Assembly (NCBI GenBank): GCA_949285325.1
Contig: CASDYZ010000025.1
Location: 1,450 to 65,449 of the forward strand
DNA: 64,000 bases
Origin: an uncultured bacterium
Lineage (GTDB): Bacteria > Bacillota_I > Bacilli_A > RFN20 > CAG-826
Direction: 5' to 3'
The position numbers and the translations under genes are program-made. Below are positions 17,971-30,850 of the stretch, piece by piece. Within the stretch, counting starts at the first letter, position 1, and each line of letters begins with the position of its first letter. Below the pieces are notes generated by a model, which was given only the letters and a program-made list of their open reading frames with translations, was not told where the DNA came from and did not search any database.

Positions 17971-19758
17971 TTGAAAAGGTATTTGACACTGATGTGGCGA
18001 TTGATGAAAGGACGACGTTTGTCGTATATTTTTTGTTTTATCATTCAACTAGTCAGTGTCTTTTTTTCTATCGTTACTACTTATACGGCAAAAATATTAT
18101 CTGACACGATTACTCTCGATATATTCATAGAATCAAGATTAGGTAGATTTGGAACATTTTTAACTAACTTATATGGCGGGCCAACATTTTTAGAAGACAA
18201 TTTATGGATATTCGCTATTATTTTTATCGTCCTTGCCTTAATAGTGGCCCTTCTTACTTTTTTAAGAATATTTTTCCGTTCCTACACATCGACAGGATTT
18301 GGCAAAAACACACAGATGATGATGTTTAATCACATAGAAGGTTTACCATATTCTATTTTAAAAAAGTGTCAAAGTGGAGACATTATACAAACTTGTACTA
18401 GAGATGAAACTGTCCTTAGACGTTTTGCTATATTTCAAACATTAAATGTTGCGAATGTCATATTTTTAATTATTGGTTCTTTTTTAGCTATATTAGATTT
18501 AAGTTATCAATTAGCATTAGTAAGTATCGCAATTATGTTGCCTTTATTTATATATTCTGTTTTCTTAGTTAATGAAGTGAGAAAAAGATATAGAAAAACA
18601 GACGACAGCGAAGGACAAATGATCGCCAAAATTGAAGAAAATTTAAGCGCTGTTAGGATTGTGAAAGCATACAATAACGAACGTTATGAAATGGATGATT
18701 TTGAAAGATATTTAGATGATTACCAAACCAAATTTAAAAGGTGGAGAATTATGTCATCTTTATATTTTTCAACAAGCGATATATTAGTGTTTGGGCAAAT
18801 CGCTTTATCGACAATCTTTGGGTTATTCTTCGTCATAGAAAATATTATTTCAATAGGCACATTTATCGTCACCAATTCTTTTGTCACTATGATAGTGTGG
18901 CCACTTAGAGATATGGCTAATATTTTTGCAGATTTTGCAAGAGCGATAGTCGCAGTCGATAGAATTAATTTAATAATAAACGAAGATATTGAAGATATTA
19001 AAAGTGGAAAAACGCCGACAATTAAAGGCAATATCGTGTTTGACAATGTTAGTTTTAAATATGAAGATGGTGAAGAAAATGTATTGAATCATTTATCTTT
19101 TTCTATTAAAAGCGGTCAAACCATTGCAATCATGGGAAAAACAGGTTCAGGTAAATCAACAATCGCCCAACTTTTAACTAGACTTTATGACGTTAGTGGA
19201 GGAACTATATCAATAGATGGTGTCAATATAAATAATATTCAAAAAACATATTTAAGAAAAAATGTTTGTTGTGTCCTTCAAGAATCATTTTTATTTTCTA
19301 GAACTATTGAAAATAATATCCGAATGGCGGATAAAAGTAAGGACTTAGAAGAAGTTCAAAACGTCGCAAAAATCGCTGATGTGCACGATTCAATTATGTC
19401 GTTTGAAAAAGATTATCAAACCCCAGTAGGAGAAAATGGAGTCACTCTTTCTGGCGGACAAAAACAAAGAATAGCGATGGCTAGATCTCTATTAACTAAT
19501 CCTCCCATCATTATCTTTGATGATTCTTTTTCCGCGGTCGATACAGAAACAGATATAAGAATAAGAGAAGCTCTTAAAAGATATAAAAATAATACGACGA
19601 TTATTATAATCACTCACCGCGTCGCAACGGCGTTTGAAGCTGATAAAATATTAGTTTTAGATGATGGGAAAATTTCTCAAAGCGGTACACATGAAGAGCT
19701 TTTAAAAGAAGAAGGGCTTTATAAAAAGCTTTATGATATTCAGACGAGGATGGTGTAA
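17971..19758 (+). CDS. ABC transporter ATP-binding/permease protein (type I exporter, half-transporter)
   Basis: Six-TM domain plus a nucleotide-binding domain (GKTGSGKST, LSGGQKQRIAMAR, IIIFDDSFSAVD). TTG start preferred, after AAAGGGG. Confidence 0.8.
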   Translation: MKRYLTLMWRLMKGRRLSYIFCFIIQLVSVFFSIVTTYTAKILSDTITLDIFIESRLGRFGTFLTNLYGGPTFLEDNLWIFAIIFIVLALIVALLTFLRIFFRSYTSTGFGKNTQMMMFNHIEGLPYSILKKCQSGDIIQTCTRDETVLRRFAIFQTLNVANVIFLIIGSFLAILDLSYQLALVSIAIMLPLFIYSVFLVNEVRKRYRKTDDSEGQMIAKIEENLSAVRIVKAYNNERYEMDDFERYLDDYQTKFKRWRIMSSLYFSTSDILVFGQIALSTIFGLFFVIENIISIGTFIVTNSFVTMIVWPLRDMANIFADFARAIVAVDRINLIINEDIEDIKSGKTPTIKGNIVFDNVSFKYEDGEENVLNHLSFSIKSGQTIAIMGKTGSGKSTIAQLLTRLYDVSGGTISIDGVNINNIQKTYLRKNVCCVLQESFLFSRTIENNIRMADKSKDLEEVQNVAKIADVHDSIMSFEKDYQTPVGENGVTLSGGQKQRIAMARSLLTNPPIIIFDDSFSAVDTETDIRIREALKRYKNNTTIIIITHRVATAFEADKILVLDDGKISQSGTHEELLKEEGLYKKLYDIQTRMV

Positions 19759-19760
19759 AT

Positions 19761-21698
19761 ATGGCTAATAATTTTGTCTTTCAAGAAGAAAAAACACCAA
19801 AAAAATTTAACCTATCAACATGGGCTAGTATATCTACCTATGTCTTTAAAAATTGGCCATATTTAATCGCCATATTCATCTCGATGGTTTTTACTTCTTT
19901 TATCGATTCTAGCTGTTTTCCTCTTCTTTCTGCCTCGATCGTATCCTCAATTCAACAGCCACACGCCTCTAATATTATTGATTTAGTCATCAATGTCACT
20001 TTTATATTTGGAATTAAATTTAATTTAGATTATATCGGTCTTATTTTGTTTTATGTCATTTCAATATTAATAAGGTCACTTGCTATATTTATTAATTTTT
20101 ATCTTTCAAATCTTTTAGTCATGCATATCGTCGTCGACTTAAGAAGAGATTCATTTAAGAAAGTACAAGAATTATCTTTCTCATATTATGATAAAACTCC
20201 ACATGGCTGGCTTATTGCTAGAATGGGGAGCGACTGTTCGGATATCGCCGACATGATAAGCAATGGCTTTATTAATTTATTTTGGATTTTCTTCGATTTA
20301 ATTTTTATATTAATAAGCATGTTCTCATATAATGTTGCTCTCTCATTTTTAGTGCTCGCGATCACCCCAATCCTAATAATAATCATCCCATTATTTGAAC
20401 GAATTGTTTTAAAACTCCACCGTATTGCTAGAAATTCATATTCTAATTTTGTCAGGTGGTTAGCGGAATGCATTAACGGGGCAAAAACGATAAAAATATT
20501 GGCGATTGAAGGGGAAATTGAAAAAGAAGCTGATGAAATTACAGAAGATATTCGTAAAAAAAGAAGAAGAGCGATGACTTTTAATGGCTTTTTTGTCCCT
20601 ATAGTTTCTATCGCCTCCGCGATAACGAGCGGATTAATTGTGCTAGTTGGTGAATATGTCTTACATTTAAGAAGTGATGTAGTGGGCAATATCGCTATTT
20701 TCACATTCTTTATTTCTTGTTGTTCTTCTATTTATACTCCTATAACTCAGTTTACAGATTTATTCTCCGAGTTTATGGCCACACAAGCGTCGGTGGAAAA
20801 AGTTCTTTCACTAGTGAACACCAAACCCGCCATTGTCGATACAAAAGAAGTGATAGAAAAATATGGGGATATTTTTAATAACAAAAAAGAAAATTTTGAA
20901 AAAATGGATGGTAATATTTGTTTTAAAGATGTTTTCTTCCATTATGAAAATGGGAAAGATATTATCACTAATTTTAATTTAAATATTAAAAAAGGTGAGA
21001 CCGTCGCAATTGTGGGAGAGACGGGAAGCGGGAAGACGACTATTGTCAATTTATTATGTCGCTTTTATGAACCAACCGCGGGAGAAATATTAATTGATGG
21101 AGAAGAATATAGAAATAGAAGCGTGGGGTGGATTAGGAGTAATATTGGTTATGTCCAACAAAATCCATTCGTTTTTAATACCTCTTATTATAATAACCTA
21201 CGATATGGCAATTTAAACGCGAGTGATGACGCGGTTAAAGATGTTTGCAAAATGATTGGCATTGACGATTTTATAAATAGTCAGCCTCAAGGCTATAACA
21301 CCATCCTCAATGACAGCGGTAACCAACTATCTACTGGACAAAAACAGTTACTCTCTTTCGCACGCGCTCTTTTAAGAGATCCACAAATTATTATCTTAGA
21401 TGAAGCGACAAGTTCAATTGATACTGATACAGAATATAAAATACAAAAAATGATTGGAACATTTTTAAAAGGTAGAACTTCTATTATCATCGCCCACCGC
21501 TTATCGACCATAGTTGAAGCCGATAGGATAATCGTTTTAGATAAAGGCAAGATTGTTGAAGAAGGTAGCCACAAACAATTAATTGAGAAAAAAGGATGGT
21601 ATCATCATCTTTACATGAATCAATTTAAAGAACTCAATATCGATGAACAAATTAAAACTTACGAAGAACAAATAGAAAAAAAGAAAATCAAATTATAA
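19761..21698 (+). CDS. ABC transporter ATP-binding/permease protein, heterodimer partner
   Basis: Transmembrane domain plus nucleotide-binding domain (GETGSGKTT, LSTGQKQLLSFARAL, IIILDEATSSID). Starts 3 nt after the partner gene's stop. Confidence 0.8.
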   Translation: MANNFVFQEEKTPKKFNLSTWASISTYVFKNWPYLIAIFISMVFTSFIDSSCFPLLSASIVSSIQQPHASNIIDLVINVTFIFGIKFNLDYIGLILFYVISILIRSLAIFINFYLSNLLVMHIVVDLRRDSFKKVQELSFSYYDKTPHGWLIARMGSDCSDIADMISNGFINLFWIFFDLIFILISMFSYNVALSFLVLAITPILIIIIPLFERIVLKLHRIARNSYSNFVRWLAECINGAKTIKILAIEGEIEKEADEITEDIRKKRRRAMTFNGFFVPIVSIASAITSGLIVLVGEYVLHLRSDVVGNIAIFTFFISCCSSIYTPITQFTDLFSEFMATQASVEKVLSLVNTKPAIVDTKEVIEKYGDIFNNKKENFEKMDGNICFKDVFFHYENGKDIITNFNLNIKKGETVAIVGETGSGKTTIVNLLCRFYEPTAGEILIDGEEYRNRSVGWIRSNIGYVQQNPFVFNTSYYNNLRYGNLNASDDAVKDVCKMIGIDDFINSQPQGYNTILNDSGNQLSTGQKQLLSFARALLRDPQIIILDEATSSIDTDTEYKIQKMIGTFLKGRTSIIIAHRLSTIVEADRIIVLDKGKIVEEGSHKQLIEKKGWYHHLYMNQFKELNIDEQIKTYEEQIEKKKIKL

Positions 21699-21744
21699 AT
21701 ATTTACTCAAAACAATATATAATGTTTTTAGAAGAAGAAATATT

Positions 21745-22710
21745 ATGCCTGCGATAATGACTCATTATATTGCCATGGATTTAATTCTCAATAAAGATGA
21801 ACCTTATAGACGATGTGCGCTTTTAGGTTCTCAAGGTCCAGATCCTTTTTATTATTATGGTTTTACTTCTCTATTTAAAAAGAAAAAGTTTTTTGAACTT
21901 AGAAGTATTGGCACCCTCCTTCACTGCGCGGACTTCTCTAAAGCTATCAGCTTCATGATTAATTACATGAATAAAAGAGAAAAAAGCGATGAATATTTAA
22001 TTTTAAAATCATATATCAAAGGATTTATTTTACATTATTGTTTAGATAGAAGTGCTCACCCGTATATTTTTTATCGGACAGGTTTTCCAACTCAAAAAGA
22101 TATGAATAATATCAAATACGCTTGGACACACGCGGTGTTTGAAACGCGTCTAGATGTACTCTACCGTAAAAGATATAATATTCATCACTTTAATCCAGCT
22201 CATACAGTAAAAATAAATAACAAACAATTAAGAATAATATCTAATTTATATTTTGAATTAGTGCAGTTCTTATTTCCTTCAGTCACTTTTATTAAAAGAA
22301 ATACATTTTATAATGCGGTTAAAAGTATGAAACGCGTTAATTCCTATGTATATTCTGCTACTGGATTAAAAAAGAAATATTTTTTAAAACATGATTTTTT
22401 TACTATGAAAAACGCGATAAGCCATCCTCTTTCAGTCAAAGACGATAACACTGTAGATTATCTAAATAATTCTCATTCGTCGTGGAGACATCCAGTAGAT
22501 GGAACTAGACACGATGCATCTTTCATCGATTTAGTGGAAATCGCCAAAGCTGACTTTAAAGATTTCGTCAATATATTAGAATATAAGGATGAAAAATTAA
22601 TAAAACAATACAGTTTAAAATTTTCTAAAAATTTAGATTTTGAAGGTAAGCCGTTAAATAGCAAAAAAATATATTTCAATATTTTTTATAAAGATGAAAT
22701 TCCTTTATAA
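21745..22710 (+). CDS. zinc-dependent phospholipase C / P1-nuclease-fold family protein (putative)
   Basis: His/Asp pattern near the N-terminus (MTHYIAMD), GSQGPD, HYCLDRSAHP and HAVFE, spaced like the zinc-ligand set of bacterial PLC. No signal peptide. Confidence 0.4.
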   Translation: MPAIMTHYIAMDLILNKDEPYRRCALLGSQGPDPFYYYGFTSLFKKKKFFELRSIGTLLHCADFSKAISFMINYMNKREKSDEYLILKSYIKGFILHYCLDRSAHPYIFYRTGFPTQKDMNNIKYAWTHAVFETRLDVLYRKRYNIHHFNPAHTVKINNKQLRIISNLYFELVQFLFPSVTFIKRNTFYNAVKSMKRVNSYVYSATGLKKKYFLKHDFFTMKNAISHPLSVKDDNTVDYLNNSHSSWRHPVDGTRHDASFIDLVEIAKADFKDFVNILEYKDEKLIKQYSLKFSKNLDFEGKPLNSKKIYFNIFYKDEIPL

Positions 22711-22740
22711 TATATAAGAACCTTTTTAAGGAGGGAATTA

Positions 22741-24321
22741 ATGAAAAATAAAAATATATGTATAAGTTCATTAATATTATTGTCTACATTGTTATTAACA
22801 AGTTGTGAAGTAATTTTTAGACTTGATTTTGGTTTTGGCTTTGACTCTATCGACGAAGATTATTCTTTTCCAAATTTAGATACATCACTAGATATTAATA
22901 CTAGTTTTGACACAAGTGAGAATTTAGAAAATATAGGAGAATTTGAAAGACTAGATTATCCTAATGGCAATACTTATCACGATTTTGGACAAAATTCCGC
23001 GCAAAATACGTTCTACGCCCCATCAGTTGGCAGAAGTAATATTTTAGTCATACCGGTAGTGATTGAAGGATATGAAAATAACGCGACTGAGAGCACTAGA
23101 CAAAGAATATCAAAAGCATTTTTTGGGACGAGTGACAATACTGGTTGGGAATCTGTTCAATCTTATTTTTATAAATCTTCTTACGGTAGACTTACGATAA
23201 GCGGAACGGTGACAGAATGGTTTGATGTTGGCCTCACACCTCTTGAAGTTTGTCAACATGCTTTAGATGATAATTATTATGGTGATGGAGGTACGTTCTA
23301 CGTCTTAAATAAAGCAGTGGAATGGGCTAAACAGCAAGGTTATGACATGAGAGATTATGATTTAAATAGAGATGGCTTTATCGATGCGGTTTGGCTTATT
23401 TATTCTTGCCCAAACTCTGTTAGTATAAGAGGAGTAAGTGATGATGATAATCCTTTTTGGGCGTTTACTTTTTGGGATTACAGCAATACGAGAGGTCCTA
23501 ATTTAAATAACCCAACCACCAATACATATGCCTGGGCGTCTTATGATTTTATGAATCAAGGTAGCAGGGGCATTGATATCGACGCTCATACGTATATCCA
23601 CGAACACGGACACGTCATGGGTTTAGATGATTATTATGATTACGACCAAGAACATTCACCTTTAGGAAGATACGACATGCAAGATTATAATGTCGGTGAT
23701 CACAATGCTTTCTCTAAATATGCATTTGGATGGGTAAGGCCTTATTTAGTTACTGGTGAGGCAACGATAACAATAAAACCGATGGAAACAAGTGGACAGT
23801 GTATAATTGTTGCTGATCCTAATGCTTCTAGACGCGTTTCTCAACCATTTGATGAATATTTAATACTCGAATTAATTACGCCCACAGGGCTATGGGAGCA
23901 TGACGCTAAATACGATTACAATGGGGCAGGAAGAACATATACTCAGCCAGGTGTAAGAATACTTCATGTCGATGCTTCACTTAGAAATTCAAGAAATCAA
24001 GTAATAGATACTGGGGTATTTACTTCTTGTTTTCAAGCATATAGCAATACTCCTTCTTACAGTCTATCAACTGGTAGTGCAAATATATATCACGATTTAC
24101 TTGCTTTAGTAAGCGCGGATAATGATTCAAGTTTACAAACTTCTTACTATGCAAAAGGAACAAATAATTCATTATTCCACACAGGTGACACATTCAATAT
24201 AAATGATTACACATCATTTTTTGACGATGGCAAGATGAACGATGGTAGCACCATTCCATTTGAAATAACATTTGAAAATGTCAGCGATTCAAGTGCGACT
24301 ATTTCATTTAAATATTTATAA
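22741..24321 (+). CDS. M6 (InhA)-like zinc metalloprotease lipoprotein, paralog of 4058-6286
   Basis: Lipobox LLLTSC; HEHGHVMGLDDYYDY. The two proteins share DAHTYIHE, MQDYNVG, PFDEYL.LEL..PTGL, WASYDFM and IYxCPNS blocks. Confidence 0.65.
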   Translation: MKNKNICISSLILLSTLLLTSCEVIFRLDFGFGFDSIDEDYSFPNLDTSLDINTSFDTSENLENIGEFERLDYPNGNTYHDFGQNSAQNTFYAPSVGRSNILVIPVVIEGYENNATESTRQRISKAFFGTSDNTGWESVQSYFYKSSYGRLTISGTVTEWFDVGLTPLEVCQHALDDNYYGDGGTFYVLNKAVEWAKQQGYDMRDYDLNRDGFIDAVWLIYSCPNSVSIRGVSDDDNPFWAFTFWDYSNTRGPNLNNPTTNTYAWASYDFMNQGSRGIDIDAHTYIHEHGHVMGLDDYYDYDQEHSPLGRYDMQDYNVGDHNAFSKYAFGWVRPYLVTGEATITIKPMETSGQCIIVADPNASRRVSQPFDEYLILELITPTGLWEHDAKYDYNGAGRTYTQPGVRILHVDASLRNSRNQVIDTGVFTSCFQAYSNTPSYSLSTGSANIYHDLLALVSADNDSSLQTSYYAKGTNNSLFHTGDTFNINDYTSFFDDGKMNDGSTIPFEITFENVSDSSATISFKYL

Positions 24322-24340
24322 TAGAGAGGATTTAATCGGT

Positions 24341-24922
24341 ATGGATGATAAAGTTTGTAAAAGAAAAACGTTCACTTGTATTGAACAACTTAATGAAAAA
24401 GAATATGTTGTTGAAAGAAAAAAGAAACAATATTTATATATCGATTTTTCTTCTAACATCGAAGAATTTGATTTCTTTTCATTCACTAGTAAAAGATTAA
24501 AAAATACCGGTATTAAAATTCCAAAAGTATATTGGATTGATAAAAAGAATAAAAGTGTTGTCATGCAGTATATAAAAGAAGAGACAGTGTTAGACACACT
24601 TATCAAGCAAGACTTAACTGATGAATATTACGAACAAATATTTTATATTGCGTGGGCGAGTAGAATGGAAGGATTTTTACTTGATTTTAATCCAAAAAAC
24701 TTTGTCATGCACGACAGTGTACTTTATTATATGGCTTTTAAATTTGAAGCGTATGATAAAAACCGTGCCTTTCAACAAAAAGATATATATTACTGGGTTT
24801 ATACAAAACAATTAGTGGAATATTTAAAACAAAACAATCTCCCATATGATGAAAAAAGATTAAAAGATGAATATTCAACTAATAAAGAAATTGCCTTAAA
24901 GATTGTAAAATTTTATCGTTAA
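24341..24922 (+). CDS. small protein-kinase-like-fold protein (YrbL/Kdo-kinase-like), putative
   Basis: A catalytic-loop-like LDFNPKNF, reminiscent of atypical small kinases. I prefer the ATG at 24341 after AGAGAGGA, rather than the overlapping start at 24272. Confidence 0.35.
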   Translation: MDDKVCKRKTFTCIEQLNEKEYVVERKKKQYLYIDFSSNIEEFDFFSFTSKRLKNTGIKIPKVYWIDKKNKSVVMQYIKEETVLDTLIKQDLTDEYYEQIFYIAWASRMEGFLLDFNPKNFVMHDSVLYYMAFKFEAYDKNRAFQQKDIYYWVYTKQLVEYLKQNNLPYDEKRLKDEYSTNKEIALKIVKFYR

Positions 24923-24925
24923 ATT

Positions 24926-25834
24926 ATGGAAAAAATCGTTTTTAGTGTCTCGGCAAATAAGAAGTGTGCGAAAGAGGTAGCCAATCTTTTAGGGTGCGAA
25001 GAAGGAAAAATACAAATCAATCATTTTCAAGATGGAGAAGTGATGGTCAAAACTAAAAGCGATGTTAAAGATAAAATTGTCATAGTCATACAGTCTACCT
25101 CAAGTCCCGCTCACGAAAAATTATTTGAACTCCTCCTATTACTCGATTCAATTAAAAGGGGTGGGGCGTATAAGATTTATTTATATATTCCCTATTTTGG
25201 CTATTCTAGACAAGAGAGAGTGTCTTTTAAAAATGAACCGATATCATGTGAAGTAGTTGCGAGGATACTAGACACCGCGAAAGTGGATAAAATAATATCT
25301 TTTGACATCCATCATAAAGACATAAAAGACTTTTTTAAAACCGAATTTATAAATAAACCTACAACATCTTTATTTAAAAATTATTACGAATCGATTTTAA
25401 ATGATGAAATTAACGATAAAAATAATATCGTAATAGTCTCTCCAGACCACGGCTCAAATGAAAGAGCACATCTACTTGGTGACGCTTTAAAAAACGCCCC
25501 AGTAATAATACTTGATAAATATCGCCCTGCTCCTAATAAGGCAGAGCATTTAAAAAGCGACGCCGATGTAAAGGATAAGACATGTATCATCGTGGACGAT
25601 ATCATCGATACAGGAGGGACATTGATAAGTGCAAGTAAACTCCTTAAAGACAAAGGAGCTAAAAAAGTACTTATATGTGCCTCGCACGCCGTATTATCAA
25701 AAAACAGTAAAAAATTATTAAAATCTAAGCAAATCGCCGATATTGTTGTAACTAATTCAATCGAAAAAAGAAAAATTAAAGGTATTAATTATCTATCGAT
25801 TTCGCCTTTGATAGTAGATGATTTTAAAGATTAA
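24926..25834 (+). CDS. prs: ribose-phosphate pyrophosphokinase (PRPP synthetase)
   Basis: FSGNAN-like N-terminus, IPYFGYSRQER, and the PRPP-binding IVDDIIDTGGTL. Confidence 0.85.
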   Translation: MEKIVFSVSANKKCAKEVANLLGCEEGKIQINHFQDGEVMVKTKSDVKDKIVIVIQSTSSPAHEKLFELLLLLDSIKRGGAYKIYLYIPYFGYSRQERVSFKNEPISCEVVARILDTAKVDKIISFDIHHKDIKDFFKTEFINKPTTSLFKNYYESILNDEINDKNNIVIVSPDHGSNERAHLLGDALKNAPVIILDKYRPAPNKAEHLKSDADVKDKTCIIVDDIIDTGGTLISASKLLKDKGAKKVLICASHAVLSKNSKKLLKSKQIADIVVTNSIEKRKIKGINYLSISPLIVDDFKD

Positions 25835-25844
25835 AATATAATTT

Positions 25845-25967
25845 ATGAAAGACGAGAATAAAAACAATAAATATAGAATTGATAAAAAAGAAATAGGAGT
25901 GTATGTTGTCATATCAATATTATTCTTGCTTTCTTTAATAGCGTTAATTTATATTATTATACGATAA
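25845..25967 (+). CDS. possible 40-aa single-TM small protein
   Basis: My own translation: MKDENKNNKYRIDKKEIGVYVVISILFLLSLIALIYIIIR. No clear RBS, so it may be non-coding. Confidence 0.2.
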   Translation: MKDENKNNKYRIDKKEIGVYVVISILFLLSLIALIYIIIR

Positions 25968-25971
25968 ATCT

Positions 25972-26010
25972 ATGGTGTTGTCCTTGCTAACCACCATGTA
26001 AAACAAGGAG
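25972..26010 (+). promoter_or_regulatory. candidate preQ1-I riboswitch controlling queT translation
   Basis: A 5-bp P1 helix (TGGTG...CACCA) with a C-containing loop, an A-rich tail (TGTAAAACAAGG) like the Thermoanaerobacter aptamer tail AACAAAACAAGG, and a loop CCTTG able to pair with the CAAGG of the RBS 7 nt before the queT ATG. Confidence 0.5.
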
Positions 26011-26016
26011 GAAAAA

Positions 26017-26517
26017 ATGAATAACAATTTGGTGCGTTCTATCGCCTCTAACGGGATAGTCGCCTCGATGTATGTCATATTGACATTAGTAACCTACCCA
26101 ATCTCTTTTGAAGGTATCCAGTTGCGCTTTGCAGAAATTCTTGTCTTACTATGCTTTTTTAGAAAAGATTATACGCTTGGGATATGCTTAGGCTGTGCAT
26201 TAGCAAATATCGCTAGTCCTTTAGGATTATTAGATACGCTTTTTGGCACTTTGGCGACTTTGTTATCATGTCTATGTATCATGTTTTGTAAGCACCTACT
26301 ACTAGCGATTGTCTTTCCAGTTTTGTTTAACGGAATAGTCGTTGGTTTAGAACTATATTTTCTACTTAATGAGCCTCTTCTCATATCGATAATTAGTGTG
26401 GCGTTAGGTGAACTCGTCGTCATGATAGTGGGCTATTTTATTTATTTATCGATAAAAAAGAGGAAAGATTTTTTCCTTCTCATCGGTGCTTCACAAAATA
26501 TCAATTTTAAATTCTAA
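26017..26517 (+). CDS. queT: queuosine-precursor transporter QueT (ECF-type S component)
   Basis: 166-aa, five-TM protein with the QueT-family LRFAEIL motif. Sits next to tgt-queA-queH behind the preQ1 element. Confidence 0.6.
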   Translation: MNNNLVRSIASNGIVASMYVILTLVTYPISFEGIQLRFAEILVLLCFFRKDYTLGICLGCALANIASPLGLLDTLFGTLATLLSCLCIMFCKHLLLAIVFPVLFNGIVVGLELYFLLNEPLLISIISVALGELVVMIVGYFIYLSIKKRKDFFLLIGASQNINFKF

Positions 26518-26629
26518 AATAAGTATATCTTCAATAATAAATTTTATAAAATTTAAAATATATTTCGTTTTATTATACATTTTTAGTTTTCCCATATATA
26601 ATTATTGACGAGAAAGCGAGGACTTATTT

Positions 26630-29077
<2,448 letters not shown>

Positions 29078-29078
<1 letters not shown>

Positions 29079-30118
29079 TGGATATTTCATTATTTGACTT
29101 TGATTTACCAGAAGAACTAATTGCACAAAGTCCCGCTCAAAAAAGAGATGAATCGCGTCTTCTTGTTATCGATAAGAAAAATAAAACTTATGAAGATCAC
29201 ATATTTCACGACATTATCGATTGTCTTAAACCAGGCGATGTTTTAGTTAGAAATAACACTAAAGTCATACCCGCAAGGATGTTTGGGATAAAAAAACAAA
29301 CTAACGCCCATATTGAAATACTTCTTTTACATGAAATAGAAGGCGAAAAAGATACGTGGGAATGTATAACTAGGCCCGCTAAATCGATAAAGATTGGGAC
29401 TGAAATAAGTTTTGGAGAAAATGAAGAACTAAAGGGCGTATGCACAAAAGTATGTGACGAAGGTATAAGACATATCAAATTTATTTACAAAGGAATATTT
29501 TTAGAAATATTAGATAAATTAGGAAAGATGCCTCTCCCCCCATACATTAAAAAACAACTAGATGAAAATGATAGATATCAGACAGTGTACGCCAAAATTG
29601 AGGGAAGTGCAGCCGCCCCAACTGCTGGATTTCACTTTACTCCTCAATTATTAGAGAAAATAAAAGAAAAAGGTGTTGAAATAATCGATATCACTTTACA
29701 CATAGGGCTAGGAACTTTTAGACCAGTTAAAGTCGATAAAATAGAAGACCACGTCATGCACTCAGAAGTGTATGAAATAGATGAATACGCCGCGTCAAGA
29801 ATTAACCTCGCTTTAAAAGAAAATAGAAGAATAATTGCCGTTGGTACTACTTCAGTGAGAACTCTAGAAGCTAACTTTAATAAATATCAAAAAATATATC
29901 CTTGTAAAGAAAGTACAAATATATTTATTAAACCAGGATATGAATATAAAGTTGTAAAAGCTTTAATAACTAATTTCCACCTTCCTAAATCTACTCTCAT
30001 CATGCTAGTGAGCGCGTTTATGGGAAGAGAATTTACGCTAGAAGTATACGAACACGCAATAAAAGAAAAATACCGTTTTTTCTCATTTGGAGACTCGATG
30101 TTTATTTATGAAAAATAA
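29078..30118 (+). CDS. queA: S-adenosylmethionine:tRNA ribosyltransferase-isomerase
   Basis: The N-terminus LFDFDLPEELIAQSPA is canonical QueA. Confidence 0.9.
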
Positions 30119-30749
30119 TGTTAATTATCAAAAAACTTTGTATAAAACACTTGAAACAATTAAAAATGAAGGGAAAAAGCCATCATTATTGCTCCATGTT
30201 TGTTGCGGCCCTTGCTTTTGCGTTCCCTTTGAATTATTCGGTGATTATTTTGATATTACAATCATGTACTATAACCCTAACATATATCCAAAAGAAGAAT
30301 ATTTGAGGCGAAAAGAAGAATTGAAACATTATTTAAATTTAATTGGAGTGAAATATATTAATATCATCGAACCAGAATATAATCAAAATGACTTTTTTGA
30401 CACGATCAAAGGGCATGAAAATGATAAAGAAGGGTATGAAAGATGCCGTATATGCTTTAGACTTAGACTAACCTACTCTTATCAATACGCTTCAAGTCAT
30501 CATTTCGATTATGTTGGGACGGTGATGAGTATATCTAGATACAAAAATGCTCAAGATATAAATGAGATTGGACTAGAATTAGAGAAAAAGTTTAATGGTC
30601 CTAGATGGCTGTGTGCTGACTTTAAAAAAAATAACGGATACGAAAAAGAACTCCTCATCTGTAAAAAATATAATCTCTACTTCCAAGAGTATTGCGGATG
30701 CCTTTTTTCCTACCAAAATTATTTAAAAAAACAAGAGAAAAAAGTATAA
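30108..30749 (+). CDS. queH: epoxyqueuosine reductase QueH (DUF208)
   Basis: LLHVCCGPC and later Cys motifs. ATG at 30108 preferred, giving MKNNVNYQK. Confidence 0.7.
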   Translation: MKNNVNYQKTLYKTLETIKNEGKKPSLLLHVCCGPCFCVPFELFGDYFDITIMYYNPNIYPKEEYLRRKEELKHYLNLIGVKYINIIEPEYNQNDFFDTIKGHENDKEGYERCRICFRLRLTYSYQYASSHHFDYVGTVMSISRYKNAQDINEIGLELEKKFNGPRWLCADFKKNNGYEKELLICKKYNLYFQEYCGCLFSYQNYLKKQEKKV

Positions 30750-30850
30750 AAACGTGAATTTCACTAAATGATATTCAAGACGGGAAAACACTATTGAAGA
30801 CAAAAAATAGTCTTTTTTTATATTTTTTATTAATTTTTATAAAATTATTA

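Noticed and set aside
30118-30306. 62-aa ORF inside queH in another frame
   Set aside because: It is embedded in the QueH coding region (the CCGPC motif frame is the real one).
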